The position numbers were made by a program, and so were the translations under genes. Of a stretch of 64,000 nt of DNA, positions 22,477 through 36,737 are shown one piece after another (the first letter of the stretch is position 1; the number at the start of each line of letters is the position of its first letter). The DNA lies in NCBI GenBank assembly GCA_964187785.1, contig OZ076413.1:48052001-48116000 (forward strand), written 5' to 3'. The stretch comes from Amphiscolops sp. MND2022 (lineage: Eukaryota). The notes under the pieces were generated by a model. That model ran no database searches. It saw only the letters and a program-made list of their open reading frames with translations, and had not been told where the DNA came from.

Positions 22477-25400
22477 CATTGCGTTAAAACCAATAGTGTG
22501 CATAAAACGCGTTTTTAGCGCGAAATACGGCGTTTTAGCGCATCTTACGTCGTTTTTGCTGAAAAACGCGTTTGAACGCAGGGAAATGCTTGTTTTAGCG
22601 TTAGTTAGCCTCTTTCTGCATAATTCAATGCGTTTGCACCATTCCCAGTGTTTTCATTGCGTTAAAACCGACAGTGTGCATGAAATGCGTTTTTAGCGCG
22701 AAACAACGCGTTTTAGCGCATCTAACGTCGTTTTTGCTGAAAAATGCGTTTAAACGCAGGGAAATGCTTGTTTTAGCGTTCGTAGCCTAGTTCTGCATAA
22801 TTCAATGCATTTGCACCATTCCCAGTGCAGTCATTGTGTTAAAACCGATAGTGTGCATAGAACGCGTTTTTAGCGCGAAATAACGCGTTTTAGCGCACCT
22901 AACGTCGTTTTTGCTGAAAAACGCGTTTAAACACAGGAAGGCTTGTTTTAGTATTAGTTAGCCTAGTTCTGCATAATTCAATGCGTTTGCACCATTCCCA
23001 GTGTTTTCATTGCCTTAAAACCGATAGTGTGCATAAAACGCGTTTTTAGCGCGAAATAACGCGTTTTAGCGCATCTAACGTCGTTTTGCTGAAAAACGCG
23101 TTTGAAAGCAGGGAAATGCTTGTTTTAGCGTTAGTTAGCCTAGTTCTGCATAATTCAATGCGTTTGCACCATTCCCAGTGTTTTCATTGCCTTAAAACCG
23201 ATAGTGTGCAAACAACGCGTTTTTGGCGCGAAATACCGCGTTTTAGCGCATCTAACGTCGTTTTTGCTGAAAAACGCGTTTAAACGGAGGGAAATGCTTG
23301 ATTTAGCGTTAGTTAGCCTAGTTCTGCATAATTCAATGCGTTTGCACCATTCCCAGTGTTTTCATTGCGGTAAAACCGATAATTTGCATAAAAGGCGTTT
23401 TTAGCGCAAAATAACTCGTTTTAGCCCATCTAACGTCGTTTTTGCTGAAAAACGCGTTTAAACGCAGGGAAACGCTTCTTTTAGTTTTAGTTAGCCTAGT
23501 TTTGCATAATTCAAAGCATTTGCACCATTCCCAGTGCTGTCATTGCGTTAAAACCGATAGTGTTCATAAAACGCGTTTTTAGCGCGAAAAAAACGCGTTT
23601 TAGCGCATCTAACGTCGTTTTTGCTGAAAAACGCATTTGAACGCAGGGAAATGCTTGTTTTAGCGTTAGTTATCCTAATTCTGAATAATTCAATGCGTTT
23701 GCACCATTCCCAGTGTTTTCATTGCGTTAAAACCGACAGTGTGCATGAAATGCGTTTTTAGCGCGAAACAACGCGTTTCAGCGCATATAACGTCGTTTTT
23801 GCTGAAAAACGCGTTTAAACGCAGGGAAATGCTTGTTTTAGCGTTTGTAGCCTAGTTCTGCATATTTCAACGCGTTTGCACCATTCCCAGTGCTTTCATT
23901 GCGGTAAAACCGATAATGTGCATAAAACTCGTTTTTAGCGCGAAATAACGCGTTTTAGCGCATCTAACGTCGTTTTTGCTGAAAAACGCGTTTAAACGGA
24001 GGGAAATGCTTGTTTTAGCGTTAGTTAGCCTAGTTCTGCATAATTCAATGCGTTTGCACCATTCCCAGTGTTTTCATTGCGTTAAAACCGATAATTTGCA
24101 TAAAACGCGTTTTTAGCGCGAAATAACGCGTTTTAGCGCATCTAACGCCGTTTTTGCTGAAAAACGCGTTTAAACGAAGGGAAACGCTTCTTTTAGCGTT
24201 AGTTAGCCTAGTTTTGCATAATTCAATGCATTTGCACTATTCCCAGTGCTGTCATTGCGTTAAAATCGATGGTGTGCATAAAACGCGTTTTTAGCGCGAA
24301 ATGACGCGTTTTAGCGCATCTAGCGTCGTTTTTGCTGAAAAACGCGTTTAAACGCAGGGAAACGCTTCTTTTAGCGTTAGTTAGCCTAGTTTTGCATAAT
24401 TCAATGCGTTTGCACCATTACCAGTGTTTTCATTGCGTTAAAACCGATAATTTGCATAAAACGCGTTTTTTAGCGCCAAATTACGCGTTTTAGCGCATCT
24501 AACGTCGTTTTTGCTGAAAAACGCGTTTAAACGCAGGGAAACGCTTGTTTTAGCGTTAGTTAGCTTAGTTCTGCATAATTCAATGCGTTTGCACCATTCC
24601 CAGTGCTTTCATTGCGGTTAAACCGATAATGTGCATAAAACGCGTTTTTAGCGCGAAATAACGCGTTGTAGCGCATCTAACGTCGTTTTTGCTGAAAAAC
24701 GCGTTTAAACGGAGGGAAATGCTTGTTTTAGCGTTAGTTAGCCTAGTTCTGCATAATTCAAGGTGTTTGCACCATTCCCAGTGTTTTCATTGCGTTAAAA
24801 CCAATAGTGTGCATAAAACGCGTTTTTAGCGCGAAATACGGCGTTTTAGCGCATCTAACGTCGTTTTTGCTGAAAAACGCGTTTGAACGCAGGGAAATGC
24901 TTGTTTTAGCGTTAGTTAGCCTCTTTCTGCATAATTCAAGTCGTTTGCACCATTCCCAGTGTTTTCATTGTGTTAAAACCGATAGTGTGCATAGAACGCG
25001 TTTTTAGCGCGAACTAACGCGTTTTAGCGCACCTAACGTCGTTTTTGCTGAAAAACGCGTTTAAACACAGGAAGGCTTGTTTTAGTATTAGTTAGCCTAG
25101 TTCTGCATAATTCAATGCGTTTGCACCATTCCCAGTGTTTTCATTGCCTTAAAACCGATAGTGTGCATAAAACGCGTTTTTAGCGCGAAATAACGCGTTT
25201 TAGCGCATCTAACGTCGTTTTTGCTGAAAAACGCGTTTGAAAGCAGGGAAATGCTTGTTTTAGCGTTAGTTAGCCTAGTTCTGCATAATTTAATGCGTTT
25301 GCACCATTCCCAGTGTTTTCATTGCCTTAAAACCGATAGTGTGCAAACAACGCGTTTTTGGCGCGAAATACCGCGTTTTAGCGCATCTAACGTCGTTTTT

Positions 25401-28400
25401 GCTGAAAAACGCGTTTAAACGCAGGGAAACGCTTCTTTTAGCGTTAGTAAGCCTAGTTTTGCATAATTCAATGCATTTGCACCATTCCCAGTGCTGGCAT
25501 TGCGTTAAAATCGATAGTGTGCATAAAACGCGTTTTTAGCGCGAAATAACGCGTTTTAGCGCATCTAACGTCGTTTTTGCTGAAAAACGCGTTTAAACGC
25601 AGGGAAACGCTTCTTTTAGCGTTAGTTAGCCTAGTTTTGCATAATTCAATGCGTTTGCACCATTCCCAGTGTTTTCATTGCGTTAAAACCGATAATTTGC
25701 ATAAAACGCGTTTTTTAGCGCGAAATAACGCGTTTTAGCGCATCTAACGTCGTTTTTGCTGAAAAACGCGTTTAAACACAGGAAGGCTTGTTTTAGTATT
25801 AGTTAGCCTCTTTCTGCATAATTCAAGTCGTTTGCACCATTCCCAGTGTTTTCATTGTGTTAAAACCGATAGTGTGCATAGAACGCGTTTTTAGCGCGAA
25901 CTAACGCGTTTTAGCGCATCTAACGTCGTTTTTGCTGAAAAACGCGTTTAAACGCAGGGAAAAGTTTGTTTTAGTGTTAGTTAGCCTAGTTCTGCATAAT
26001 TCAACGCGTTTGCACCATTCCCAGTGTTTTCATTGCCTTAAAACCGATAGTGTGCAAACAACGCGTTTTTGGCGCGAAATACCGCGTTTTAGCGCATCTA
26101 ACGTCGTTTTTGCTGAAAAACGCGTTTAAACGCAGGGAAACGCTTCTTTTAGCGTTAGTAAGCCTAGTTTTGCATAATTCAATGCATTTGCACCATTCCC
26201 AGTGCTGGCATTGCGTTAAAATCGATAGTGTGCATAAAACGCGTTTTTAGCGCGAAATAACGCGTTTTAGCGCATCTAACGTCGTTTTTGCTGAAAAACG
26301 CGTTTAAACGCAGGGAAACGCTTCTTTTAGCGTTAGTTAGCCTAGTTTTGCATAATTCAATGCGTTTGCACCATTCCCAGTGTTTTCATTGCGTTAAAAC
26401 CGATAATTTGCATAAAACGCGTTTTTTAGCGCGAAATAACGCGTTTTAGCGCATCTAACGTCGTTTTTGCTAAAAAACGCGTTTAAACGCAGGGAAATGC
26501 TTGTTTTAGCGTTAGTTAGCTTAGTTCTGCTTACATCAATGCGTTTGCACCATTCCCAGTGTTTTCATTGCGTTAAAACCTATAGTGTGCATAAAACGCG
26601 TTTTTAGGGCGAAATAACGCGTTTTACCGCATCTAACGTTGTTTTTGCTGAAAAACGCGTTTGAACGCAGGGAAAGGCTTGTTTTAGCGTTAGTTAGCTT
26701 ATTTTTGCATAATTCAATGCGTTTGCACCATTCCCAGTGTTTTCATTGCGTTAAAACCGACAGTGTGCATGAAATGCGTTTTTAGCGCGAAACAACGCGT
26801 TTTAGCGCATCTAACGTCGTTTTTGCTGAAAAACGCGTTTAAACGCAGGGAAACGCTTCTTTTAGCGTTAGTTAGCCTAGTTTCGCATAATTCAATGCAT
26901 TTGCACTATTCCCACTGCTGTCATTCCGTTAAAACCGATAGTGTGCATAAAACGCGTTTTTAGCCCGAAATAACGCGTTTTAGCGCATCTAACGTCGTTT
27001 TTGCTGAAAAACGCGTTTGAAAGCAGGGAAATGCTTGTCTTAGCGTTAGTTAGCCTAGTTCTGCATAATTCAATGCGTTTGCACCATTCCCAGTGTTTTC
27101 ATTGCGTTAAAACCGACAGTGTGCATGAAATGCGTTTTTAGCGCGAAACAACGCGTTTTAGCGCATCTAACGTCGTTTTTGCTGAAAAACGCGTTTAAAC
27201 GCAGGGAAATGCTTGTTTTAGCGTTTGTAGCCTAGTTCTGCATAATTCAATGCATTTGCACCATTCCCAGTGCAGTCATTGCGTTAAAACCGATAGTGTG
27301 CATAAAACGCGTTTTTAGCGCGAAATAACGCGTTTTAGCGCATCTAACGTCGTTTTTGCTGAAAAACGCGTTTAAACGCAGGGAAAAGTTTGTTTTAGTG
27401 TTAGTTAGCCTAGTTCTGCATAATTCAACGCGTTTGCACCATTCCCAGTGTTTTTATTGCCTTAAAACCGATAGTGTGCATAAAACGCGTTTTTAGCGCG
27501 AAATAACGCGTTTTAGCGCATCAAACGTCGTTTTTGCTAAAAAACGGGTTTAAACGCAAGGAAATGCTTGTTTTAGCGTTAGTTAGCCTAGTTCTGCCTA
27601 ATTCAATGCGTTTGCACCATTCCCAGTGTTTCCATTGCGTTAAAACCGATAGTGTGCATAAAACGCCTTTTTAGCGCGAAATAACGCGTTTTAGCGCATC
27701 TAACGTCGTTTCTGCTGAAAAACGCGTTTAAACGAAGGGAAACGCTTGTTTTAGCGTTAGTTAGCCTAGTTCTGCATAATTCAATGCATTTGCACCATTG
27801 CCAGTGCTGTCATTGCGTCAAAACCGATAGTGTGCATAAAACGCTTTTTTAGCGCGAAATAACGCGTTTTAGCGCATCTAACGTCGTTTTTGCTGAAAAA
27901 CGCGTTCAAACGCAAGAAAATGCCTATTTTAGCGTTAGTTAGCCTAGTTCTGCATAATTCAATGCGTTTGCACCATTCCCAGTGTTTTCATTGCGTTAAA
28001 ACCGATAGTGTGCATAAAACGCGTTTTTAGCGCGAAATAACGCGTTTTAGCGCATCTAACGTCGTTTTTGCTGAAAAACGCGTTTGAAAGCAGGGAAATG
28101 CTTGTTTTAGCGTTAGTTAGCCTAGTTCTGCATAATTCAATGCGTTTGCACCATTCCCAGTGTTTTCATTGCCTTAAAACCGACAGTGTGCATGAAATGC
28201 GTTTTTAGCGCGAAACAACGCGTTTTAGCGCATCTAACGTCGTTTTTGCTGAAAAACGCGTTTAAACGCAGGGAAATGCTTGTTTTAGCGTTTGTAGCCT
28301 AGTTCTGCATAATTCAATGCATTTGCACCATTCCCAGTGCAGTCATTGCGTTAAAACCGATAGTGTGCATAAAACGCGTTTTTAGCGCGAAATAACGCGT

Positions 28401-31400
28401 TTTAGCGCATCTAACGTCGTTTTTGCTGAAAAACGCGTTTAAACGTAGGGAAAAGTTTGTTTTAGTGTTAGTTAGCCTAGTTCTGCATAATTCAACGCGG
28501 TTGCACCATTCCCAGTGTTTTTATTGCCTTAAAACCGATAGTGTGCATAAAACGCGTTTTTAGCGCGAAATAACGCGTTTTAGCGCATCAAACGTCGTTT
28601 TTGCTAAAAAACGGGTTTAAACGCAAGGAAATGCTTGTTTTAGCGTTAGTTAGCCTAGTTCTGCCTAATTCAATGCGTTTGCACCATTCCCAGTGTTTCC
28701 ATTGCGTTAAAACCGATAGTGTGCATAAAACGCCTTTTTAGCGCGAAATAACGCGTTTTAGCGCATCTAACGTCGTTTCTGCTGAAAAACGCGTTTAAAC
28801 GAAGGGAAACGCTTGTTTTAGCGTTAGTTAGCCTAGTTCTGCATAATTCAATGCATTTGCACCATTGCCAGTGCTGTCATTGCGTCAAAACCGATAGTGT
28901 GCATAAAACGCTTTTTTAGCGCGAAATAACGCGTTTTAGCGCATCTAACGTCGTTTTTGCTGAAAAACGCGTTCAAACGCAAGGAAATGCCTATTTTAGC
29001 GTTAGTTAGCCTAGTTCTGCATAATTCAATGCGTTTGCACCATTCCCAGTGTTTTCATTGCGTTAAAACCGATAGTGTGCATAAAACGCGTTTTTAGCGC
29101 GAAATGACGCGTTTTAGCGCATCTAACGTCGTTTTTGCTGAAAAACGCGTTTAAACGCAAGGAAGTGCTTCTTTTAGCGTTAATTAGCCTAGTTCTGCAT
29201 AATTCAATGCATTTGCACCATTGCCAGTGCTGTCATTGCGTTAAAACCGATAGTGTGCATAAAACGCGTTTTTAGCGCGAAATAACGCGTTTTAGCGCAT
29301 CTAACGTCGTTTTTGCTGAAAAACGCGTTTAAACGCAAGGAAATGTTTGTTTTAGCGTTAGTTAGCCTAGTTCTGCATAATTCAATGCGTTTGCACCATT
29401 CCCAGTGCTTTCATTGCGTTAAACCGATAGTGTGCATAAAACGCGTTTTTAGCGCGAAATACCGCGTTTTAGCGCATCTAACGTCGTTTTTGCTGAAAAA
29501 CGCGTTTAAACGCAGGGAAACGCTTGTTTTAGCGTTAGTTAGCCTAGTTCTGCATAATTCAATGCATTTGCACCATTCCCAGTGCTGTCATTGCGTTAAA
29601 ACCGATAGTGTGCATAAAACGCGTTTTTAGCGCGAAATAACGCGTTTTAGCGCATCTAACGTCGTTTTTGCTGAAAAACCCGTTTAAACGCAGGGAATTG
29701 CTTGTTTCAGCGTTAGTTAGCCTAGTTTTGCAAAATTCAAGGCGTTTGCACCATTCCCAGAGTTTTCACTGCGTTAAAACTGATAGTCTGCATAAAACGC
29801 GTTTTAGCGCATCTAACGTCGTTTTTGCTAAAAAATGCGTTTGAACGCAGGGAAATGCTTGTTTTAGTTAGCCTAGTTCTGCATAATTCAATGCATTTGC
29901 ACCATTGCCAGTGCTGTCATTGCGTCAAAACCGATAGTGTGCATAAAACGCTTTTTTAGCGCGAAATAACGCGTTTTAGCGCATCTAACGTCGTTTTTGC
30001 TGAAAAACGCGTTCAAACGCAAGGAAATGCCTATTTTAGCGTTAGTTAGCCTAGTTCTGCATAATTCAATGCGTTTGCACCATTCCCAGTGTTTTCATTG
30101 CGTTAAAACCGATAGTGTGCATAAAACGCGTTTTTAGCGCGAAATGACGCGTTTTAGCGCATCTAACGTCGTTTTTGCTGAAAAACGCGTTTAAACGCAA
30201 GGAAGTGCTTCTTTTAGCGTTAATTAGCCTAGTTCTGCATAATTCAATGCATTTGCACCATTGCCAGTGCTGTCATTGCGTTAAAACCGATAGTGTGCAT
30301 AAAACGCGTTTTTAGCGCGAAATAACGCGTTTTAGCGCATCTAACGTCGTTTTTGCTGAAAAACGCGTTTAAACGCAAGGAAATGTTTGTTTTAGCGTTA
30401 GTTAGCCTAGTTCTGCATAATTCAATGCGTTTGCACCATTCCCAGTGCTTTCATTGCGTTAAACCGATAGTGTGCATAAAACGCGTTTTTAGCGCGAAAT
30501 ACCGCGTTTTAGCGCATCTAACGTCGTTTTTGCTGAAAAACGCGTTTAAACGCAGGGAAACGCTTGTTTTAGCGTTAGTTAGCCTAGTTCTGCATAATTC
30601 AATGCATTTGCACCATTCCCAGTGCTGTCATTGCGTTAAAACCGATAGTGTGCATAAAACGCGTTTTTAGCGCGAAATAACGCGTTTTAGCGCATCTAAC
30701 GTCGTTTTTGCTGAAAAACCCGTTTAAACGCAGGGAATTGCTTGTTTCAGCGTTAGTTAGCCTAGTTTTGCAAAATTCAAGGCGTTTGCACCATTCCCAG
30801 AGTTTTCACTGCGTTAAAACTGATAGTCTGCATAAAACGCGTTTTAGCGCATCTAACGTCGTTTTTGCTAGAAAATGCGTTTGAACGCAGGGAAATGCTT
30901 GTTTTAGTTAGCCTAGTTCTGCATAATTTAAGGCGTTTGCACCATTCCCAGTGCTGTCATTGCGTTAAAACCGATAGTGTGCATAAAACGCGTTTTTAGC
31001 GCGAAATAACGCGTTTTAGCGCATCTAACGTCGTTTTTGCTGAAAAACCCGTTTAAACGCAGGGAATTGCTTGTTTCAGCGTTAGTTAGCCTAGTTTTGC
31101 AAAATTCAAGGCGTTTGCACCATTCCCAGAGTTTTCACTGCGTTAAAACTGATAGTCTGCATAAAACGCGTTTTAGCGCATCTAACGTCGTTTTTGCTAA
31201 AAAATGCGTTTGAACGCAGGGAAATGCTTGTTTTAGTTAGCCTAGTTCTGCATAATTTAAGGCGTTTGCACCATTCCCAGTGCTTTCATTGCGTTAAAAC
31301 CGATAATGTGCATAAAACGAGTTTTTGGCGCGAAATAACGCGTTTTAGCGCATCTAACGTCGTTTTTGCTGAAAAACGCGTTCAAACGCAAGGAAATGCT

Positions 31401-31707
31401 TATTTTAGCGTTAGTTAGCCTAGTCCTGCATAATTCAAGGCGTTTGCAGCATTCCCAGTGTTTTCATTGCGTTAAAACCGATAGTGTGCATAAAACGCGT
31501 TTTTATCGCGAAATGACGCGTTTTAGCGCATCTAACGTCGTTTTTGCTGAAAAACGCGTTTAAACGCAAGGAAATGCTTCTTTTAGCGTTAAGTAGCCTA
31601 GTTCTGCATAATTCAATGCATTTGCACCATTGCCAGTGCTGTCATTGCGTTAAAACCGATAGTGTGCATAAAACGCGTTTTTATCGCGAAATGACGCGTT
31701 TTAGCGC
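22477..31707. repeat. 178-bp tandem satellite (~52 monomers visible), CpG-rich, with higher-order repeats
   Basis: Monomer period is 178 (CATTGCGTTAAAACC at 22477, 22655...). Internal ~20-bp subrepeats AACGCGTTTTAGCGC are present, and variant blocks recur at 711, 1040, 1067 and 2311 bp spacing. Confidence 0.97.
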
Positions 31708-34700
31708 TGTAACGTCTGGCCGACCCGGCAGGTACGAAAACCGTAGAGGAAGCAAAATGAAAGTAAAACGACCCCAGAAGACCTCACCCCACCACCCAGG
31801 AACGAGGATGCCCGAGATGTCGTCACCCAGAAGGCGAGAGAGTCAGGAATTCTGCCATCTGACAGCAAAAAGACAGGGTTTCGGCAGAAAAGTGCCAAAT
31901 GAGACCATTGTGCCCAGAAGATGAGGAATGATGCCAGAGGCAGGAAGCCGATGATCGCCACCGAAATGTAACTGTATACTTTATTGGGGCCTATCCCCAC
32001 CTGTTTTGACTGTCTATAGCGTATTTGGATAATGTTTGACCTACTAGATCCTCATTTTAGTCCTTATTCACTCAATATAATGTATTTCAGTTAGACACCT
32101 TTTGGACCTCGGAAGTATGTGGGAGATGGCAGGAACGCGCTAAAAACCTTAGGACTTGTTTTTACAGGCTTGTGGGGCGTGTCCGGACTTTGAGAGTGCC
32201 GGCACGTCGCCTCGGAGCTCTAACTAGAGGAGCCTCCTTAGACGTTAGAAAAGTCCCCCATGGAGACCATTTTGGGATCAAAAACTAGTGTTTAGGAGTG
32301 TAGTAAGACAACGGTCTCCTGTTTAAGCACCCTAGGCATTGTCCCTCTTCCTAGATGTGCGCCGCTAGCCGGACGTTACATCTGGAATAGTTTTTATGGC
32401 GACCACAGAGGGATAATTTTCCTTACCGCGTCCTGCGAGGAGCAACTCCTGCTTTCCGGCCCTGAAAGGTCCGGATCTAGGAGAAGCTTTTGGGAGAGTC
32501 CTAGATTGTTTTTATTGCTTTATTCTAGCCCTTTGGGCCTTGTATTAGTGCTTTTCCTGCGTTTCCTGCATGTTTCCGAGGTCCCAAGCCTGAAAAAGAC
32601 AGTTTGAAACGGTGTACCCCCTTGTACCTTATCTGTACTTGTTAAAAAAGCTATTCCGGCTTATCCGGAACGTGTTTTAACGGGTTTTCCAGCTTCTTTT
32701 CAGCTAATTAGCAATGTACAGGGACTGCGAGGACGGTTTGTGAAGACCCGAACTAGCTGAGTGCAGGACTGCAGGTGCTTCACGTCATAGCCTCTTCCTC
32801 CCCACCTGGTGCCGATTCACCGAAGATAGCTGGGTTATTTCGTTCCCTTTACGTTTTCTAGCCCAAAATTAGTATTCCCAGGCCTGTTTTTGCACAAATT
32901 AACTGTGAAGAATACCCACAGGGTATTAGCATCGGTTATTTTAAGGACTTGAGCTCGAAAACGCCAAAAATAACACTAATAACAGCTCAAATATCGAATT
33001 TTCCCGTTTTGAAAGCCAAAATTTTATAGAATTGTTTACGGCCTGTGGGAATACCTGAAAAACGTTCTGTCGGACCTACAAGGTCGAGAACAAAAATTTT
33101 TGTTGGGCTGTTTTTCAAAAAAACATGAAAATTTCAGCAATTTTTGTTCAAAAATCGGCAAAATTGGCCATTTTGACCAATTTTGGCAAGGGCGAAGCCT
33201 TGGGCGTTTGTTCCCAAGCCTCTTGAAAGGCCCAAAAATTTTGTAGTTGTGCTTGGTAGTACGCAATACTACTACCAAGACAGTTTTTGACCACCCCCAA
33301 TATAAATTGAAGTTTTAACGTCACTTTTCTTTCATTACAATAGACCTGAGTACAGGACCCCATAGACCTGAGAGGTATAACATCAAAAGTAATAATTGAA
33401 AGAACCCCAGTCCCCTAAATAAAGTAGTTACACCTTCCTACTGTACTGTTAAAACCATCTCGAACCTCTGGGAACCGAAGAATAAAAAGTTCCTAGGGAA
33501 AATACGTGTTTTTCATAGGTGTTCCCAGAGTGTCCAAGGTGTAACCTAAAATCAATTTTGGGAGACCTTATTTGGAACCTGCCAGGTTTCGCTCGCCTGT
33601 TTTCTGTTAGTATAGAGTACTAGATTACTAACGCCGAAAACCGCGAGTGATTCCAACCAGTGGTTGTTGAGAAATAGCCCAAAACGTGCTATTTTTGCGA
33701 CATTATCGGAACATTAAAATAGTGTTTCAAAGAAAGGTCGAAATCTCTCCTAGCAGGAGTAGCCCAAAACGGATTGCACCATCGTGTAGACCGCAAAAAG
33801 TTACGTTAGTGGTGTAATTTTCGTAGCGCTACTGTTACTAGTGATCGAGAAATCTTAGCCGCAGTTTTGCTCAAAAATGATCCGAAAATGTCAAAAAAAT
33901 TGAATTTTAGTTGAGCATAGTGCAATACCTCGCAGGTATCCCAAACTAAAATTCTTGCATTTTCGTGCGCACGGCACTAGATCACGACGATTTGTGCAAT
34001 TTGAGCAGCCGGCTACTAGCCAAAGCTGAGAAATCGACATTTTTGTGATTTTTGACCCGAAAAAGTGGTACCTCTGGTACATCAAGGTTTTGTCACTTCA
34101 TATCGCCAGATATTGATCAAGGCACCTCGCCGCTCTGTTTTTCTCTTACGTGGGCAAAAGCTACGCTCGCATGCAAAATTTCAGGTGGCTGGGAAGCCTA
34201 GAAGGCGAGTCTGACCACTTTTTGTGAATTTCACGACATAGTCAAATTTTCAGTGAACATTGTTAAGTGGCCCTGACACCCACAGGGTCAATTTTGACGC
34301 AATCGGAGGTTCATTCCCCACGATTCAACCAGTGTATTAGACGGTGTGAAATTTTCAGATCGCTAGCAGCGCTAGAAGTGATTTTCATCTTCCCCGGAGG
34401 TGCATGTTGACGAAAAAATTGTTGATTTTGGGCATTTTTGCAAAAAATCACATAGTTTTTCTCAGTGTACATGCCAGTGAGGGCCAAGACGACCCAATTA
34501 GCATACCGAGCGCCCTCAGGACGTCTTCTTGAATCACTTTGAATAGTGCTAAGCAGACCCTAAGATCTCGGGTCTCTGAGAAAACCGATCTATGAGACAT
34601 GGAGGTGAAAAACCGAAAATGGAAATTCGCCTCCCGGCTGCTATCAAAGTCACTTGAGTGCAATCTGTTCATTGAGATTACGCATACTCAGTGCCCCATG

Positions 34701-36737
34701 GGCCCTACGGGTGCTGGAGCGCGTTTATAGGCACTTTTAGAAGTTTAGACTTTGTACGCAGTGCGTCTCAAAACAGGACAACAAGTGCAGTAGCGACTAC
34801 TATAGTCGAAAAAGAACGCTTTTCCTGATCGTGCTACGATCGTAAGGCAAGAAAGCACTTCAAACTCAGTGTCCATTGTCCTACTCACCCAAGGTCTACC
34901 GGTAGTCTCTAATCACATTTTTGTTATTACTTGTGCCCTCCAGAAGCAGGGCAGCATGAGTGCCAAACGGACATTTCAGACAATCTAACATCTGTAGCCA
35001 AGCAGACTTCTCAAAAAATCAGTGTTCGCTGCTCAATTCATGCCTATGGCGTACTTTGGTGCTCGGTACCACAGTTGCGTGAACCATGTCGATGTGAAAA
35101 CACCGGACCAGAGATTGGCCCGGGGAGTACCCGTACTCACCCGAGAGAAGTCAACACCAAGCATGATGAAACACCTAGAGCTTCGAAGCTCTGAGAACTG
35201 CTTGGCCAGCGGCCGTGCTTTTAGAACCCGAATGATTGTTCTGGAACTTGTTTTTAATGCTGAAGACTGTTTTCATGATCTATCATGCCTGATTTTTGAC
35301 TTTTATTGGTTCTGCTCTATCATCGTTAGTGACATTGTCCCCTCTTGAGAAGTAGTTTGTTTCCATCTCTTGCATATACACTGGTGCTTGTACTGCCTAG
35401 TCAATAACTTTAACTGAGCGTACACTGTTGACACAATAGATTGAATAGTTCCTCATTTTTGGTGATATTTTTGATTTTTGAGGCCTATTTCACCATTAGT
35501 GCTAAGTTATTGTGCAGTTTCTGTTGGCCATGAACTTTGCAAGACCACAGCTGTTACTTTTATTTTTCGCTTTTCAAGTGCTATCGTGCATTTTATAAAA
35601 CCTAACCTATCAGGCGGACCCCAGGTCAGTGCCAAACCTATTGTGATGAGTGCTTTTTATGCAGATGCAATAAGGTGCTAGAAATTTTGAAATCTTGGTG
35701 CGAAATTAAAAGTTTGAATTTGTTTTGAATATAAGGCTAAGTGTCTAAAGTTGCTAATATTTTTCCAGTGCAAGAACCCGTTGTTGGTGTGGAATCCAAG
35801 GAAACCTGCTAGGCTGGCAAAAACTCATGTTTTTGGGCAATAACGTGTTTTTGGGCAACGACTTCCATTTAGATTCCTGAAGTACCATGTTGCAACAGTA
35901 TCACTGGATCACTGGATGGTGGCAACCAAGATGTGAACGTCCTCTCTCGTTTGTCGAGGACGACAAACTACGGCCCGGGGAGGATGTAACGTCCGGCAGT
36001 CGGCGTTGCAGAAGTTTTTGAAAATTTCGATCAAAAATTCGAAATGTGCGACATCAAACAAGCACATTCAAGATGGCCGACCCGGCAGGTACGAAAACCG
36101 TAGAGGAAGCAAAATAAAGGCAAAACGACCCCAGAAGACCTCACCCCACCACCCAGGAACGAGGATGCCCGAGATGTCGTCACCCAGAAGGCGAGAGAGT
36201 CAGGAATTCTGTCATCCGACAGCAAAAAGACAGGGTTTCGGCAGAAAAGTGCCAAATGAGACCATTGTGCCCAGAAGATGAGGAATGATGCCAGAGGCAG
36301 GAAGCCGATGATCGCCACCGAAATGTAACTGTATACTTTATTGGGGCCTATCCCCACCTGTTTTGACTGTCTATAGCGTATTTGGATAATGTTTGACCTA
36401 CTAGATCCTCATTTTAGTCCTTATTCACTCAATATAATGTATTTCAGTTAGACACCTTTTGGACCTCGGAAGTATGTAGGAGATGGCAGGAACGCGCTAA
36501 AAACCTTAGGACTTGTTTTTACAGGCTTGTGGGGCGTGTCCGGACTTTGAGAGTGCCGGCACGTCGCCTCGGAGCTCTAACTAGAGGAGCCTCCTTAGAC
36601 GTTAGAAAAGTCCCCCATGGAGACCACTTTGGGATCAAAAACTAGTGTTTAGGAGTGTAGTAAGACAACGGTCTCCTGTTTAAGCACCCTAGGCATTGTC
36701 CCTCTTCCTAGATGTGCGCCGCTAGCCGGACGTTACA
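31708..36737 (+). mobile_element. Non-autonomous (LARD-like) LTR retroelement, ~5.0 kb, with no intact coding region
   Basis: LTRs at 31708-32380 and 35985-36737 are near identical, except that the left one lacks ~80 bp near its start. The right LTR has a 13-bp terminal inverted repeat TGTAACGTCCGGC/GCCGGACGTTACA. A PPT GGGGAGGA precedes the right LTR and a PBS-like TGGCGACCAC lies at ~32397. No TSD. Confidence 0.85.

Noticed and set aside
22260..22518. ORFs containing runs of X
   Set aside because: Artefacts of the 200-N gap.
22496..31924. Many 65-126 aa ORFs (MLKNAF.../MCIKRV...) and a CRISPR-like look of regular repeats
   Set aside because: These are translations of the 178-bp satellite. 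There are no unique spacers and no cas genes, and the context is eukaryotic.
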